From an uncultured Nitrospiraceae bacterium (GTDB taxonomy: Bacteria; Nitrospirota; Nitrospiria; Nitrospirales; Nitrospiraceae), in the NCBI GenBank assembly GCA_963846575.1, contig CAWJWJ010000002.1, forward strand, positions 2,688,001-2,752,000: a stretch of 64,000 nucleotides of DNA, given 5' to 3'. Below the pieces are notes generated by a model, which was not told where the DNA came from, searched no databases, and saw nothing but the letters and a program-made list of their open reading frames with translations. Of the stretch, positions 10,726-22,021 are shown in pieces. How positions within the stretch are numbered: position 1 is the first letter of the stretch; each line of letters starts with the position of its first letter. Made by a program: the position numbers and the translations under genes.

Positions 10726-12402
10726 TTACGGTGCGTCATGAGGAGGCATCTGATCGGCGGAATCACGGACCTCCGCAACGATGCCCTCATGGCCTTGCAA
10801 CGAGAGCTGGTCCTCGAACGGTTCACCGCGTCGCCTCAGCAGAGTAGAGAGCACGATGTGACCAGGCTGCTGAACTTTGACAGCGCGTGGGTGGGAAGAA
10901 AAATTGAGCACGATCAAGAAGCGGCGCTTTCCCCACTCACGGCGATAACACAGAATGTCGTCGGTGGCCCGTTCGAGCCGGTACGCCCCGAGCGTCAAGG
11001 CCTGCTCCGTGCGACGCAAGTCGATGAGCGATCGATAGAGGTGCAGGATGGAGTCGGGATCGTCGCGCTCCACTTGGACATTGACGGATTCAGCATCCGG
11101 CGAGAGCGGCAGCCAGGGCGTGCCCTTCGTAAATCCAGCCTGATCCGATGTGTCCCACTGCATCGGTGTCCGCGCTGGGTCCCGCCCTAGGCCGAAACCC
11201 GGCATGTTCTTCTCCCACGGATCCTGCACGTGATCCGGTGCGATCGGCACATCTGTCATGCCAAGCTCCTCGCCATAATAAATCGTGGGCGTGCCGCGGA
11301 GCGTGAGCAGCAGCATGGCTGCAATCCTCGTGTGGGCGCTGCCGATGCGCGTGGCGAGGCGGGATTTGTCGTGGTTACCTAACACCCAGTTCGGCCAGCC
11401 GTGAGGAGGCAGGGCCGCTTCGTAGGCCTCGATAGTCGCGCCGATGGTTTCCACCTGCCAGGGCACCTCGATCAGTTGAAAATTGAACGGCAAGTGGCAG
11501 CCATTGCCAGCAGCGCCATAGTACGTGACCAACCGTTCAATCGGCAGATAGACCTCTCCGATCATCAAACGATCGTCGTATTCGTCCAGGACGCGCCGCA
11601 TACCGCCAATGATGTCATGTACCTCCGGCCGATCCGTCGTATAGGTCGCCAATAACTCTCGATAGGGCCACTCGCCCGGACGGAATTGGGGATTGGGGGG
11701 GTTACTGCGAAACTGATCGTCTTTGACGAGATGCCAGATCACATCCACTCGGAACCCATCCACGCCGCGATCGAGCCAGAAACGGAGCACCTGGTGCATC
11801 GCGGCCTGCACCTCAGGATGCCGCCAATTCAAATCCGGCTGCTGCCTCAGATAGGCGTGATAATAGTACTGACCGGTGCGGGGATCGAGCTCCCACGCAC
11901 TGCCCCCGAAGGTGCTCAACCAATTGTTCGGGGGGCCGCCGTCAGCCGCCGGGGCTTTCCAAATGTACCAATCCCGTTTGGGATTCTCGCGCGACGAGCG
12001 GGACTCGATGAACCAGGGATGTTCGTCGGAGGTGTGGTTCGGCACCAGATCCAGAATGACCCGGATTCCTTGTGCATGCGCGGCGGCGAGCAACTCATCG
12101 AAGTCCTTCAAAGTCCCGAACATGGGATGGATATCCATGTAATCTGAGACATCGTACCCGAAGTCCGCCATCGGCGACGGATAGATGGGTGAAATCCAGA
12201 TGGCATCGATACCCAGCCAGCGCAGATAGTCGACACGTTCGATGATGCCGCGCAGGTCGCCGACGCCGTCGCCATTGTTGTCCGCAAATGAGCGAGGATA
12301 GATCTGATAGATCACACCGCTCTGCCACCAGGAGGAAAGTGGACAGGTTACATCCACGTCGCGGTTCGAGGCCCCTGGATTCTCGTTGCCGTCTCGTGTC
12401 AT
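10726..12402 (-). CDS. GH13 alpha-glucosidase/alpha-amylase family
   Basis: YQIYPRSF, DLVPNHTS, GFRVD, GEVY, GNHD. Confidence 0.92.
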   Translation of the reverse strand: MTRDGNENPGASNRDVDVTCPLSSWWQSGVIYQIYPRSFADNNGDGVGDLRGIIERVDYLRWLGIDAIWISPIYPSPMADFGYDVSDYMDIHPMFGTLKDFDELLAAAHAQGIRVILDLVPNHTSDEHPWFIESRSSRENPKRDWYIWKAPAADGGPPNNWLSTFGGSAWELDPRTGQYYYHAYLRQQPDLNWRHPEVQAAMHQVLRFWLDRGVDGFRVDVIWHLVKDDQFRSNPPNPQFRPGEWPYRELLATYTTDRPEVHDIIGGMRRVLDEYDDRLMIGEVYLPIERLVTYYGAAGNGCHLPFNFQLIEVPWQVETIGATIEAYEAALPPHGWPNWVLGNHDKSRLATRIGSAHTRIAAMLLLTLRGTPTIYYGEELGMTDVPIAPDHVQDPWEKNMPGFGLGRDPARTPMQWDTSDQAGFTKGTPWLPLSPDAESVNVQVERDDPDSILHLYRSLIDLRRTEQALTLGAYRLERATDDILCYRREWGKRRFLIVLNFSSHPRAVKVQQPGHIVLSTLLRRRGEPFEDQLSLQGHEGIVAEVRDSADQMPPHDAP

Positions 12403-12433
12403 GCGTCCCCTGCGCTGCTCGAGGAACAGTCCA

Positions 12434-14080
12434 TCATATTGATTCCGCCTGCCGGCTCGGCAGAACACGGTACCATCGATAGCCGTACGGCTCCAGGTGC
12501 ATGATCGGATCGATCTGCCGGTTCTCGGAATCGCTGGACAAAAGACACACCAGGTTGCTCTGCGGCTCTTGGATCACCCGGACCCTGCAGGATTTATCCC
12601 CCAGATTGTGCAGAGCGATCACTCGATGGCCCTGCCATTCGGCCTGGTGTCCCAGCACCGTGGGTTCGCCTGTCTCGAACGGACTGACTTTTCCGGCTCC
12701 CCATTCGGGGCATTGTCGCCGTGTCTGCAGAAGACGGGTCGTCCAGTTCAATAGTGACTCGGGATCCCGTTGTTGATCCGCCACGTTCACGCAGGCGTAG
12801 CGGAACGTCCCTGCATCGATCGGCGGCAATGGCAGCGACCCGGTGGGAGCGCTGGAGAAGCCACCATGGATGTCCGACGACCATTGCATCGGAGTTCGCA
12901 CGGCATTGCGTCCGGGCAAGGACAAGTTTTCGCCCATTCCAATTTCGTCCCCATAGATGATCATCGGGGCGCCGGGCATGGAACAAAGCAGACTGAGTGC
13001 GAGTTCGACCCTCGGCCTGGCTCCGAGCATGGGGGCCAAGCGGCGACGGATACCCCGCCCGAAGATGAGCATGTCCGGCTCGGGCGCAAACGCCTTGAAG
13101 ACGAGGTCCCGCTCGCTATCGCTGAGTCGCTCCAAATCCAACTCATCGAGATTCCGAAGAAAGTTCACGAAACGTCCGGTTTCCGGCACGGGGGGCAACA
13201 GGCGCAGGGCCCGGATGACGGGCTCGGCTCGCTCGGTCGCCAGTGCGAGGTACAGGTAGTTGGTCAGCATAAAATTATAGAGGAGGTGCAGTTCGTCCCC
13301 GCTACCGAAGAACGCGCCCAGCTCACCGGGATCGACGTCCGCCTCGCCTAACAGCACCGCGTCCGGACGCCGGTCGGAGGTGTAGGCACGCAGTTCGCGG
13401 AGAATCGCATGCGGGTCGTGAATGGCGGGACGTGTGTCGCGTTCAAGCGGTGATTGGATCATATGAGACACGGCATCGACTCGGAATCCGGCAATGCCGA
13501 AGGACAACCAATAATCGATGACGCGTTTGATTTCTTCGCGCACGTCCGGATTCCACACGTCGAGGTCCGGTTCGAAGTGATAAAACTGGTGATAGTAGTA
13601 TTGACCGGCCAATTCGTCGAACCGCCACACGGTCTGCTCTTCGCCTGGAAATATGTTCTGGTGAGCCGGATCGGTCGGTGGCGGCGCATCGGTCCAAATG
13701 AAATAGCGCCGATAGCGGGAATGCCGGTCGTGCCTGGCAGCCTGAAACCAGGGATGTTGGTCAGAGGTATGGTCCATGACCAGGTCGATCATGACCCGTA
13801 TCCCTCTCTCGCCGGCTTTGCGAATGAAGGCTACAAAGTCTTGAAGAGTCCCCAGCCTGGCATCTATCCCGAAGTAGTCTTTCACATCGTACCCATTATC
13901 CCCATCGGGCGTTGGAAAGAAGGGAAGTAACCAGACGCATGTGATTCCGAGATCGACAAGGTAATCCACTCGCGAACAGAGACCGGGGAAATCGCCGATT
14001 CCATCGCCGTTCGAATCCTGAAATGTCGAGACGTCGACACCGTAGAATACGGCGTTGGCATACCACGGTTCTTTCGGCAT
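12434..14080 (-). CDS. GH13 trehalose synthase (TreS)-like protein
   Basis: WYANAVFY, WLLPFF, GFRVDA, GEAD, FLRNLDEL, GIRRRLAPML. Confidence 0.8.
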   Translation of the reverse strand: MPKEPWYANAVFYGVDVSTFQDSNGDGIGDFPGLCSRVDYLVDLGITCVWLLPFFPTPDGDNGYDVKDYFGIDARLGTLQDFVAFIRKAGERGIRVMIDLVMDHTSDQHPWFQAARHDRHSRYRRYFIWTDAPPPTDPAHQNIFPGEEQTVWRFDELAGQYYYHQFYHFEPDLDVWNPDVREEIKRVIDYWLSFGIAGFRVDAVSHMIQSPLERDTRPAIHDPHAILRELRAYTSDRRPDAVLLGEADVDPGELGAFFGSGDELHLLYNFMLTNYLYLALATERAEPVIRALRLLPPVPETGRFVNFLRNLDELDLERLSDSERDLVFKAFAPEPDMLIFGRGIRRRLAPMLGARPRVELALSLLCSMPGAPMIIYGDEIGMGENLSLPGRNAVRTPMQWSSDIHGGFSSAPTGSLPLPPIDAGTFRYACVNVADQQRDPESLLNWTTRLLQTRRQCPEWGAGKVSPFETGEPTVLGHQAEWQGHRVIALHNLGDKSCRVRVIQEPQSNLVCLLSSDSENRQIDPIMHLEPYGYRWYRVLPSRQAESI

Positions 14081-14637
14081 CCGTCGGGCGGAGCACATAG
14101 GAGACCTCCAAGAGTGGGCGGAACTGTATGCGACGCGGCGTGAGGGCGGCAAACGGCGACTCGGTTGCGTCCCGGATCCTCCTACCTCCCAACATTTCGC
14201 AATGAACGAAGCGTGATCGCCGGCCGGGATTAAAGGACATTGTCTCCCGGCGCAGGACTGAAGCTCGCTTCACGGATCTATCCCGCTCGACCCTGCAGGG
14301 CAGCAGAGCTATCCGGATCCCCCCCGTATCTGCATGGCTGCAGATTCACAAAACCGCGGTTGAAAACGTGTTGAAACTACGATATCGAATCACCTCTTCC
14401 CTTGGGCCTAGGAAGATCCATAGGGTGCAGGAGCCCCCCGAGCCATGCCGTCGCGAACGGCTCCTGACAAAACACAGGGCTCAGGCAGTTCTTGGAGATT
14501 GTCCATGCGACCGCTTAGAGCAATGCCTAGTCCCTCAGGTTGCCGCAAGCCCGTAAACTACCTCTCGGGAAGATTTGTTCCAGGGCAGACCTGGCAGGAC
14601 AAGATACCTCAAAAAAACACAGGAGAAACGGTGGCCT

Positions 14638-15540
14638 ATGAAGACTCTTGGTCAAGTCGGATTGTTCCCGGTCATTCGCCGTGCTGGTGGATTGCTCATC
14701 GTTCTTTTTTTAACCGGTACTTATCCGGCCGGGCTCTCGGCAGGGGAAGCTCTTGGTCCGGAAGCCACAGTGCGCCTTATCGTCGAGGCCAATGCCGCCA
14801 GGGACCTCGCGACGCTGTCCCGGTACATGTCCCACGATGCAGATGCGGTGGGGTACACCGTAGACGGACATAAATATGTTGGATGGCCTGTGCTCGAGGC
14901 CGAAATGCGAGCCGAGTTTCAGTCGGTGCACAAACTGGAGCTTCCCATCACCTACCTGCAGGTGTGGCAGAAGGGCGACCTGGCCTGGTTCGCGATGGAA
15001 TTGGACTACATCCGCTACTTCAGTGCGGTGGATCCGACTCAACGGATGGTACTGCCCCTACGAGAAACGGGCGTTCTGGAACGGCGTGACGGCCACTGGG
15101 TGCTGGTCGCCTGGCATGAATCCGGTCGACAACCCGATACCGGCCTCGGCAGCGCACTGACGGCCTCCACGACGGTGACCGATCGGCACGACGTCGTGCA
15201 GGCGGATCTTCCTGGGGTGAGCGGCGAGTGGGACATTACCGAGGTGGAGGACAATAAGCATTACCGCGCAACCCTCGATGCACAGGGCAACGGCCCCTAC
15301 ACATGGCAGGGAGGACGGATCGTGACCACAGAACTGCACGGGAGGCGTTGGCGAGGGACCTGGGCGCAGCCGGGGAACGACCGCGAAGGAGGCTTTGAAG
15401 TCGTCCTGTCGGAGGACGGGACGGAAGCGAAGGGGATCTGGTGGTACACGCGGGTCGGAATGAAGGACAATATTCCGCCCCGGCAGCATGGCGGCACCTA
15501 CGTGTGGACTCGCCATATGCCGTCCACCACGTCCCAATAG
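14638..15540 (+). CDS. Exported SnoaL/NTF2-like domain protein with extra C-terminal beta domain
   Basis: Signal peptide; LRETGVLERRDGHWVLVAWHES. Confidence 0.75.
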   Translation: MKTLGQVGLFPVIRRAGGLLIVLFLTGTYPAGLSAGEALGPEATVRLIVEANAARDLATLSRYMSHDADAVGYTVDGHKYVGWPVLEAEMRAEFQSVHKLELPITYLQVWQKGDLAWFAMELDYIRYFSAVDPTQRMVLPLRETGVLERRDGHWVLVAWHESGRQPDTGLGSALTASTTVTDRHDVVQADLPGVSGEWDITEVEDNKHYRATLDAQGNGPYTWQGGRIVTTELHGRRWRGTWAQPGNDREGGFEVVLSEDGTEAKGIWWYTRVGMKDNIPPRQHGGTYVWTRHMPSTTSQ

Positions 15541-15853
15541 GAACCTGTGCCAGTACGGTGTAGACAATGAACCGGTTGGATCGAGTATCGGGGGGGTGAA
15601 GGCACATCCCGCTAAGCGGAGGGAGAGGTCGAACGGCCTGGATGGGCGCAACCGGATCCGCAGCCTTCACCCCTTATGGCAACATCCAAGGCGAGGCCAC
15701 CGGCCCTTCGGAGGCTCTTCAGTAAGACTCGGTGACGCACCGTTGGCCGAGGTCTCTTACTGTCATCTCTGTGATCAGAGTGACGGCGGTCTCATTTTCC
15801 TGCCTGAGCCAGAAAAGGTCGTTGGGCTCGCGCTCCGATCTTGCGCCTCGGGC

Positions 15854-17479
15854 TCACTTCTTTCCCTTGCCTTCGAGTCCCGGCAGCACCGCATCGAAGA
15901 ATGCATTTTGAAAGAGAGTGACGACGACCTCCCACGTACTCGCTTGCGGATTTTCCACGGGCCCCGACACCTCCGCCTTCGTCGCCACCTCTCCCCGGGG
16001 AGTATTTTCAAGCACGTCAGAGGCCAGGTTGATCGTCTTTTCAAAGATCTTCTCCAAGAAGCCTTTGTCCTGATCCTGCTCGGGATCGTAGGCCTGGACA
16101 TCCTTGAAGAGAGGCTTGAGATACCCGCGCGCCCTGCCCTCGTTGACTGTGATTTCGCTATAGACTGAAAACACTCCCGTCGTCACATCCATCCCGCCGT
16201 AGGCCCGCAATAATGGGTTCAGAGACTTCGCTTGGGTATTGATAATCTTCACACTCAGATCAAAGTCCGGGGATTTTGTCTCCGGCCTGAACGCCCCTGT
16301 GATCCGGGTCGCCCCGCTACCCATCAGGAGACCGTTCAGTGTAACCCGAGCCGTCCCTTCAGAGAGCTGATTGCTCCAGTTCTCCAATTCGAGATCGGTC
16401 TTCGTGATAAATATCCGGTAGGGAGGGTTGCTCGCTCTATTGACGAGGCCGAACTCGCTATTCTCGATCTTCCCATGATCGATTTTTAGGACGAGCGTGG
16501 GATGATTCGTTGCGCGCCCGGCGGTGTGCGCCACCTTCCTGGCCGTTTTTTTCACCTTTTTTTCCGTCTTGGCTGAGTGGATAAAATCAGCCGTGACCTC
16601 TTGCAGCCTCAGGGTGCGGAGTTGCACCACTTGCACGGTCGGGGCATGTTCTACATGCCCCGTGGCGGACAACCGTCCCTTCGACAGGTGGACCTGGTGT
16701 TGGGCCGTGAGCGGTAACAGCTGCGCAAGCTCGATGTCGGTGAGCGTCAGATCGGCGTTAACCGCCATCGTCGGCTCGGCAAAAAAGTCGGCCTGGCCGT
16801 CTAATTGAAACCGCCCGCTGTCAAAGATCACCGCCTCGACATGCAGATCTGAGGGATACTGCTGAGGCTTTGAGCGCACGTTGCGGATATTGTCCACGGT
16901 TACACTCAGGTCCGTGATATGGATTGGTTGAGCGGTCGCGTTTTCCCGGTAGGTCACATCCCCGTGCGTCACGCGGACTTCGTTGAGTTGGACCTGCTGC
17001 ATGGCGAACAGGGCTTCCTGCCAACTCCGTTTCTTCGCGGGTGAGTCTTCGACTTCCCTGGCTGCCTGGGGGCGCGTCAGGTGAATCACCGGACGATCGA
17101 TCCATTGGTCGCTCACGAGACGGCCACGCAATAACGCACTCCACTGAATGCTGGCCTGTATCTGCGCGACGGAGGCGATCGGCGGTTCCGGATGCTTCTT
17201 TTGCCGCACAACCACATCCTTGATATCAACGGCGAAACTGAGCGGATGCAAATCGAGCGCCCCGATGCTGAAGGTATAGACAGGGATTCGCCGGTTCAGC
17301 TCATCTTCCACATAGGCACGCAGGGGGCCATCGATGAAGAACAACGCCACGCCGGCGAGCAGGATGAGGCCCAAGGGGAGTGCAGCAATCCACCACCAGA
17401 ATCGTCGAGAGGGCGCGGGAGCTGCACGGTCAGAAGGTGTGTCCGGACGGATGGCTGTCGACGTCACCGGCGCCGCCAT
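15854..17479 (-). CDS. DUF748/AsmA-like membrane-anchored protein
   Basis: N-terminal TM; beta-rich repeats; GYLKPLFKD. Confidence 0.75.
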   Translation of the reverse strand: MAAPVTSTAIRPDTPSDRAAPAPSRRFWWWIAALPLGLILLAGVALFFIDGPLRAYVEDELNRRIPVYTFSIGALDLHPLSFAVDIKDVVVRQKKHPEPPIASVAQIQASIQWSALLRGRLVSDQWIDRPVIHLTRPQAAREVEDSPAKKRSWQEALFAMQQVQLNEVRVTHGDVTYRENATAQPIHITDLSVTVDNIRNVRSKPQQYPSDLHVEAVIFDSGRFQLDGQADFFAEPTMAVNADLTLTDIELAQLLPLTAQHQVHLSKGRLSATGHVEHAPTVQVVQLRTLRLQEVTADFIHSAKTEKKVKKTARKVAHTAGRATNHPTLVLKIDHGKIENSEFGLVNRASNPPYRIFITKTDLELENWSNQLSEGTARVTLNGLLMGSGATRITGAFRPETKSPDFDLSVKIINTQAKSLNPLLRAYGGMDVTTGVFSVYSEITVNEGRARGYLKPLFKDVQAYDPEQDQDKGFLEKIFEKTINLASDVLENTPRGEVATKAEVSGPVENPQASTWEVVVTLFQNAFFDAVLPGLEGKGKK

Positions 17480-17911
17480 CGTGAAGATGGAACATTCATA
17501 ACCAAATTCTAGTTGGGCGGTCGAGCGCAAGAACACTGGGTAGAGCCCTTGCGCATTAGGCTGCTGGGTGGCATTCCCCGAGTGCCGTCACGCGCACTGG
17601 GGCTTTACCGAGTTATACGACCATTCTCAGCCGTGCCACCATGAAGACGTCGTTTGGCCATGGTCGGCTCTCCACCAAGGCCTGGACTTTAGAGGCTACC
17701 CTCCGTCGAGCCACAAGAGGGAGGCAAATACAGAGGCACACTACAAGAGCGAGGCAAAAATAGAGGGCTCTCAATTAGTCAACGAAGTGAATGAATGGAA
17801 CAGCGGATCGCTGACTGGATCTCCGGGACCGGAGGGCGTCCCAAAACGCCAGTGGCCTTTGAGTTGCCTCGGACAAGTTGCGAGATTACGACATACAGAA
17901 AGGAGGCCCAC

Positions 17912-18130
17912 ATGCCCTGTCATCGCTGCCAGAGTCTCATGTTCCCGATTGACCTGTTGGACGGATCCGGCGGGCTCGTACACCAATGCGACACCGCCTG
18001 GCGCTGCTTCGCATGCGGCGACATCATCGACGACGTCATCGCGGAAAACCGTGCTCGCACGGCACGCGGGGACATCGACGAGAGGAGCCCCGCACCGCGA
18101 CCTCGCAAGCTCGTGGGCGCGAGCCGCTAA
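17912..18130 (+). CDS. Small CxxC...WRCxxCG zinc-finger protein
   Basis: RBS aaggagg; CHRCQSLM...AWRCFACGDIIDDVI.ENR. Confidence 0.8.
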   Translation: MPCHRCQSLMFPIDLLDGSGGLVHQCDTAWRCFACGDIIDDVIAENRARTARGDIDERSPAPRPRKLVGASR

Positions 18131-18382
18131 TCGGCCCCTTCCCACTCCTGAATCCACCGCTACTCTCAGGACGTTTGTCGAACCGGCTTCGCCGGACGTG
18201 ATGGATGTCCTTGCGGATGATAGAACGAGTGACTCGGCCTGCGATATTCGTGCTGGGTCCGTCTTGCGATCTCGCGCAGCCGTGGTCCAGCGCGTAACCC
18301 AGCACACTGATTCATTATGCGACGGGACGAGGGGATTAATAGGTACCGAACCCGGCGCAACAATCGGGGGAAGGATATCTCA

Positions 18383-18577
18383 ATGGAGACCAAACGAGGA
18401 GGACACAAGGGGACGAGCATCGGACGCCATGAAGAGAGCAGTGCTCCGGCGGGTGCTGTCCGAGATCCACACGCGCCGGAAAAAGCGTCGAATGAGGAAG
18501 ACAGGTCGTCACGACATGACGGCAAAACGGGTGACAATATCGGAAGGGGAAAAAGTGGTGCCCGGACCGATCAATGA
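18383..18577 (+). CDS. Small hydrophilic (hydrophilin-like) protein
   Basis: RBS aagga; Gly/charged-rich 64 aa. Confidence 0.55.
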   Translation: METKRGGHKGTSIGRHEESSAPAGAVRDPHAPEKASNEEDRSSRHDGKTGDNIGRGKSGARTDQ

Positions 18578-18839
18578 CTACATCTGACCGTCACCTGTTG
18601 ACCAAAACGTCATCCTTCTCGTGTGAAGAGTCACACATGCTCAGTTTGCGGTATTGCCGCTCACCAGCCTGCGAAGCTGGCCGCCTGCGAAGCCCATTTT
18701 CACACCCAGGCCGGCGCGCCATTCTACTCGGCGGCCTTCCAGATCCGGAAACCCAGACCGTTCCCTACAGTCTTCGCCATTCTCCACGTGCTCAGCTTGT
18801 GAGTCCATCACGACGTCAAGCGGTCGTCATAGGATTAGA

Positions 18840-19943
18840 TCAATTCCACCCAGACCAGAGAGAACGGGCACAGTGATGGTGGCCCTGGTCCCCATGGTAG
18901 GCTGGGACGCAATCTCGAGTCATCGGTCTCAGGCGTTGTTGCATGCTCGAGAGGCCGAATCCAAGGTCAGTGCGGGCCGCTCGGAATGTCGCATCCCATC
19001 CCTTCCCGTGATCCTGGACGATCACGCGAAGCATGTCCGGCCCCCGTTCCAGCGTCACGAAGGCCTCGCGGGTTTGGGCGTGTTTTAATACATTAAACAG
19101 GAGTTCGCGCACACATCTCAGGATAGTCATCGCGGTGGCTTCAGCGACTACGACCGCTTGGCCGGGCCCCTCCACCACGACCGTGAGCCCATGGTCCCGC
19201 ATGCGATCGCACAGCCACCGAAGTGCGATGTCAAGCCGCCCACCCTCTAACTCCGGCGGCAGTAGATCTGACATGAGTGACCGCGTGTAGCGGAGGCACT
19301 GTTCCAGCACCGAATCGATTTCGTTCACCGTTTCCTCGGCAGGACGGTGTCGTTGTTGGCGGAGTTTCATCCGGGCGACGGCGAGCAGTTGGGCCAGATC
19401 ATCGTGCAGACTCTGGGCCAGATTTTTCCGTTCGTGCTCCTGTATAGTTCTCAATTGATCGGTCAAACGACGGATCTCTTCCTGGGCATTCTGAACAATC
19501 GGAAACTCGTGATCAGGCCGGCTTATGTCCCGTAAGAGGTGCCGATATTCTTCTTGTCGCCGATGCAACCGTAATAAGGCCTGCACAGAGGCCAGAAACT
19601 CTTGCGGGGCCACGGGCTCGTTCAGGTAGGAATCCGCACACTCCAGGCCCAGCGCGTGATCATGACCGGACCTGAAGTAAGCGGATATCTGCAGTACCAG
19701 GATGATGGCCGTCTCTGGGTCCTGCCGGAGTTGCTGACAGACGTTACGCCCCGAGATGTCGGGTAGCTTCACATCGAGGATGATAAGAGCGGGGTGCTCG
19801 CTGCGTGCCAGATCCAGTGCCTCTGACCCGGTGCTCGCGTCGAGCACGCGATGGCCGGCCCGCTCAAGAACTTTACCCCGGGCATAACGAATACCGTCAT
19901 TGTCATCGACGTTCAGAATCGTGCAGGCAGGTGCAGTTATCAT
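18840..19943 (-). CDS. Receiver + HisKA_3/HATPase hybrid kinase, C-terminally frameshifted
   Basis: ILNVDD..LDVKLP receiver; LHDDLAQ H-box; ELLFNVLKHA; DHGKG; GFGL. Confidence 0.85.
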   Translation of the reverse strand: MITAPACTILNVDDNDGIRYARGKVLERAGHRVLDASTGSEALDLARSEHPALIILDVKLPDISGRNVCQQLRQDPETAIILVLQISAYFRSGHDHALGLECADSYLNEPVAPQEFLASVQALLRLHRRQEEYRHLLRDISRPDHEFPIVQNAQEEIRRLTDQLRTIQEHERKNLAQSLHDDLAQLLAVARMKLRQQRHRPAEETVNEIDSVLEQCLRYTRSLMSDLLPPELEGGRLDIALRWLCDRMRDHGLTVVVEGPGQAVVVAEATAMTILRCVRELLFNVLKHAQTREAFVTLERGPDMLRVIVQDHGKGWDATFRAARTDLGFGLSSMQQRLRPMTRDCVPAYHGDQGHHHCARSLWSGWN

Positions 19944-20217
19944 GTGCGACTTTCTTCGGGCCTCGACTTCGCTGCCGGTGCGGACCACTCGGCCAACGGT
20001 TTCCTCCAGATCAACGCTGGGTATTCTGCCATCGCTACCGTGGCTCACATATCTCCCGAAGCCAATTGCTTCCTCCCAGCCCGGGCGCACCGCGACGCCC
20101 AACTCCCCCAGACGTCCTTCAAGCTTGGACTGCATCACCGGGAGATCCGAGGCTTGGTGACGCAGTATCCTCAACTGCGGCGACGTCTCGCCGCTTGTCG
20201 TGTCGACAAACCGGCTT

Positions 20218-20454
20218 TCAATGGTGATCGGTCATGCGGGAATCCTGCAATCTCAACATGGATCTTGTCATGTGTCGCGTGCGGAACTTCGGAAAAGAGA
20301 GGTCTTCAAGACTTCGTGTAATCGCCTGGCTCAGCAAGAGTTGCTCGATCGCCGTCCGAGGGGTCCGCAAGGGTTCACGGGTCATCGCCCAACCGACTGA
20401 CAGAGCTGGTAGAGCGACGAGAGCTGTTGCGGCCTTCCAATTGCGAGACGTCAT
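20218..20454 (-). pseudogene. Truncated lipoprotein remnant (DUF6655-like N-terminus)
   Basis: TPRTAIEQLLLSQAITRSL; no lipobox Cys; truncated. Confidence 0.45.
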
Positions 20455-20891
20455 GTGATCAGGGTGACCGCAGAGCTGCTGGAACCTTTCTCCGAGAATC
20501 GAAACATTTGACTGTAAGTCAAAGCAGCCATGCGTGGCCGACTGTCTACGGAAACTGGTTCAGACGAGCATGTCCCGCTCATCCGCGAGAAGTGGTGAGC
20601 CTCCCGGTCCGGTCCATGCCGTTATAAAGAAGATTGGGAGCATGAGGCCCAGCCGCCGGTGGATTGGAGTACCGCTACGAGTAGGTGGCATCTGATGACG
20701 CGCTCTCTCCATTTCCGGATCTTCTCTGAAGAGCACACATCGTTATTCATCCGCGGGGTGCCGGCCCGGAGGCAAGCGACGCCAACAGTGTTGCCGTCGC
20801 TTGCTCCCTCCGACTGCGTCCTCCGGCACCTGAATGTCCGCAGCCACTACCCCCTAGGCGGGGCGATCGTCCCCCGCGCTCCATCATCTCT

Positions 20892-21593
20892 TCAGTGCCC
20901 TGGTTTCTGAGATGCGGTTCCTTTTCCCTTCTGGGAACCGGAAGAGGTTTTACTGAGTTTCTGAATCGTGGTCGCCTTCCCATGATCCGCACCTTCTATC
21001 TGCACGTGATCGCCCTCCTTGAAGTGACAATCCCCGATCTGAAAGCCGGAACCCCGCGCTAAATCCTCTTTCGCCTTGTGGTCCGTCGAGCCGACCACTT
21101 CCTTATGCTTACTAGGGTCTTTTGAAATCTCACCGCTCCTTCCCTGAGGGTCCTGACGCAGTTGTTCCATCATTTGCTTTTCCGTAGGCGGCGGTCCCCC
21201 CTTCCCGGCTTGCTCCTTCATGAACGGCGTCGGCGGAATCTCCTGATGTTCCTTGCCACTTTCGATGCCCGAGGTCACCTTCGAACCGGATCCGTCGGTG
21301 CAGACCTGATTCGTGTCTTTCGTGACGCGCAAGGTGACGTCCTGGCCGCGATCGCCATGCACCGTGTACTCTTCGCCGGAAATTTTCGTGATGACACCCT
21401 CGATGATCTCCGGACCGCCGAGGATGACGTTCGAGGATTTACTTTGGCCCGACAGCCCATGCCCTTGCTGCCCCTTTTGATCGGTCGTTTCTCCCTTGGC
21501 CGTACCCTCCGCCGCGTTCACGCTCACGGCGCCGCAAAAGCCTGCGAGCACAAGAACGGATATGGTCGATAATCTTCTCCGGATGCTTCGCAT
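20892..21593 (-). CDS. Secreted hydrophilic hypothetical protein
   Basis: RBS aggagg; signal peptide; OB-fold-like segments. Confidence 0.7.
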   Translation of the reverse strand: MRSIRRRLSTISVLVLAGFCGAVSVNAAEGTAKGETTDQKGQQGHGLSGQSKSSNVILGGPEIIEGVITKISGEEYTVHGDRGQDVTLRVTKDTNQVCTDGSGSKVTSGIESGKEHQEIPPTPFMKEQAGKGGPPPTEKQMMEQLRQDPQGRSGEISKDPSKHKEVVGSTDHKAKEDLARGSGFQIGDCHFKEGDHVQIEGADHGKATTIQKLSKTSSGSQKGKGTASQKPGH

Positions 21594-22021
21594 ATGTGAC
21601 CTCCTCATGGTTGTCGTTAGCGCACCTAATAGAGCGGATTATAGGATTCTGCGGGAGGCGAAAAGACTGGTCATGCCCCTAGTCTTTTGGACGGTCTCTT
21701 CGGGGATCACTAGGAGACAGAAGGATGCCGGCAGCTGGACCGTATCCGCTGACTGTCAGCGGGAAGACGCGATGGAATCGGGCGGTTCGAAGCGGACGAA
21801 ATCATACAGTCCGAACGCTGCAGACCAGCACGTGACCGGGGCTCAGAGACCGGTGTGAAAATGAATGGTCTACAAAACTTCTTTCAGGTGGCCTGACCCC
21901 GTCCACTGCATCACAATTCTGCCGAGCACGCGCCATCATTCGAATGATGGACGGAGGGGGCTGCGAGAACTACCTATCCGGAACTGAAGACCGATACTTG
22001 GATGAATCCCAGGTTCGGCGA

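Noticed and set aside
17568..18587. 339-aa ORF
   Set aside because: No recognisable motifs; it overlaps two better-supported small genes with RBSs in other frames.
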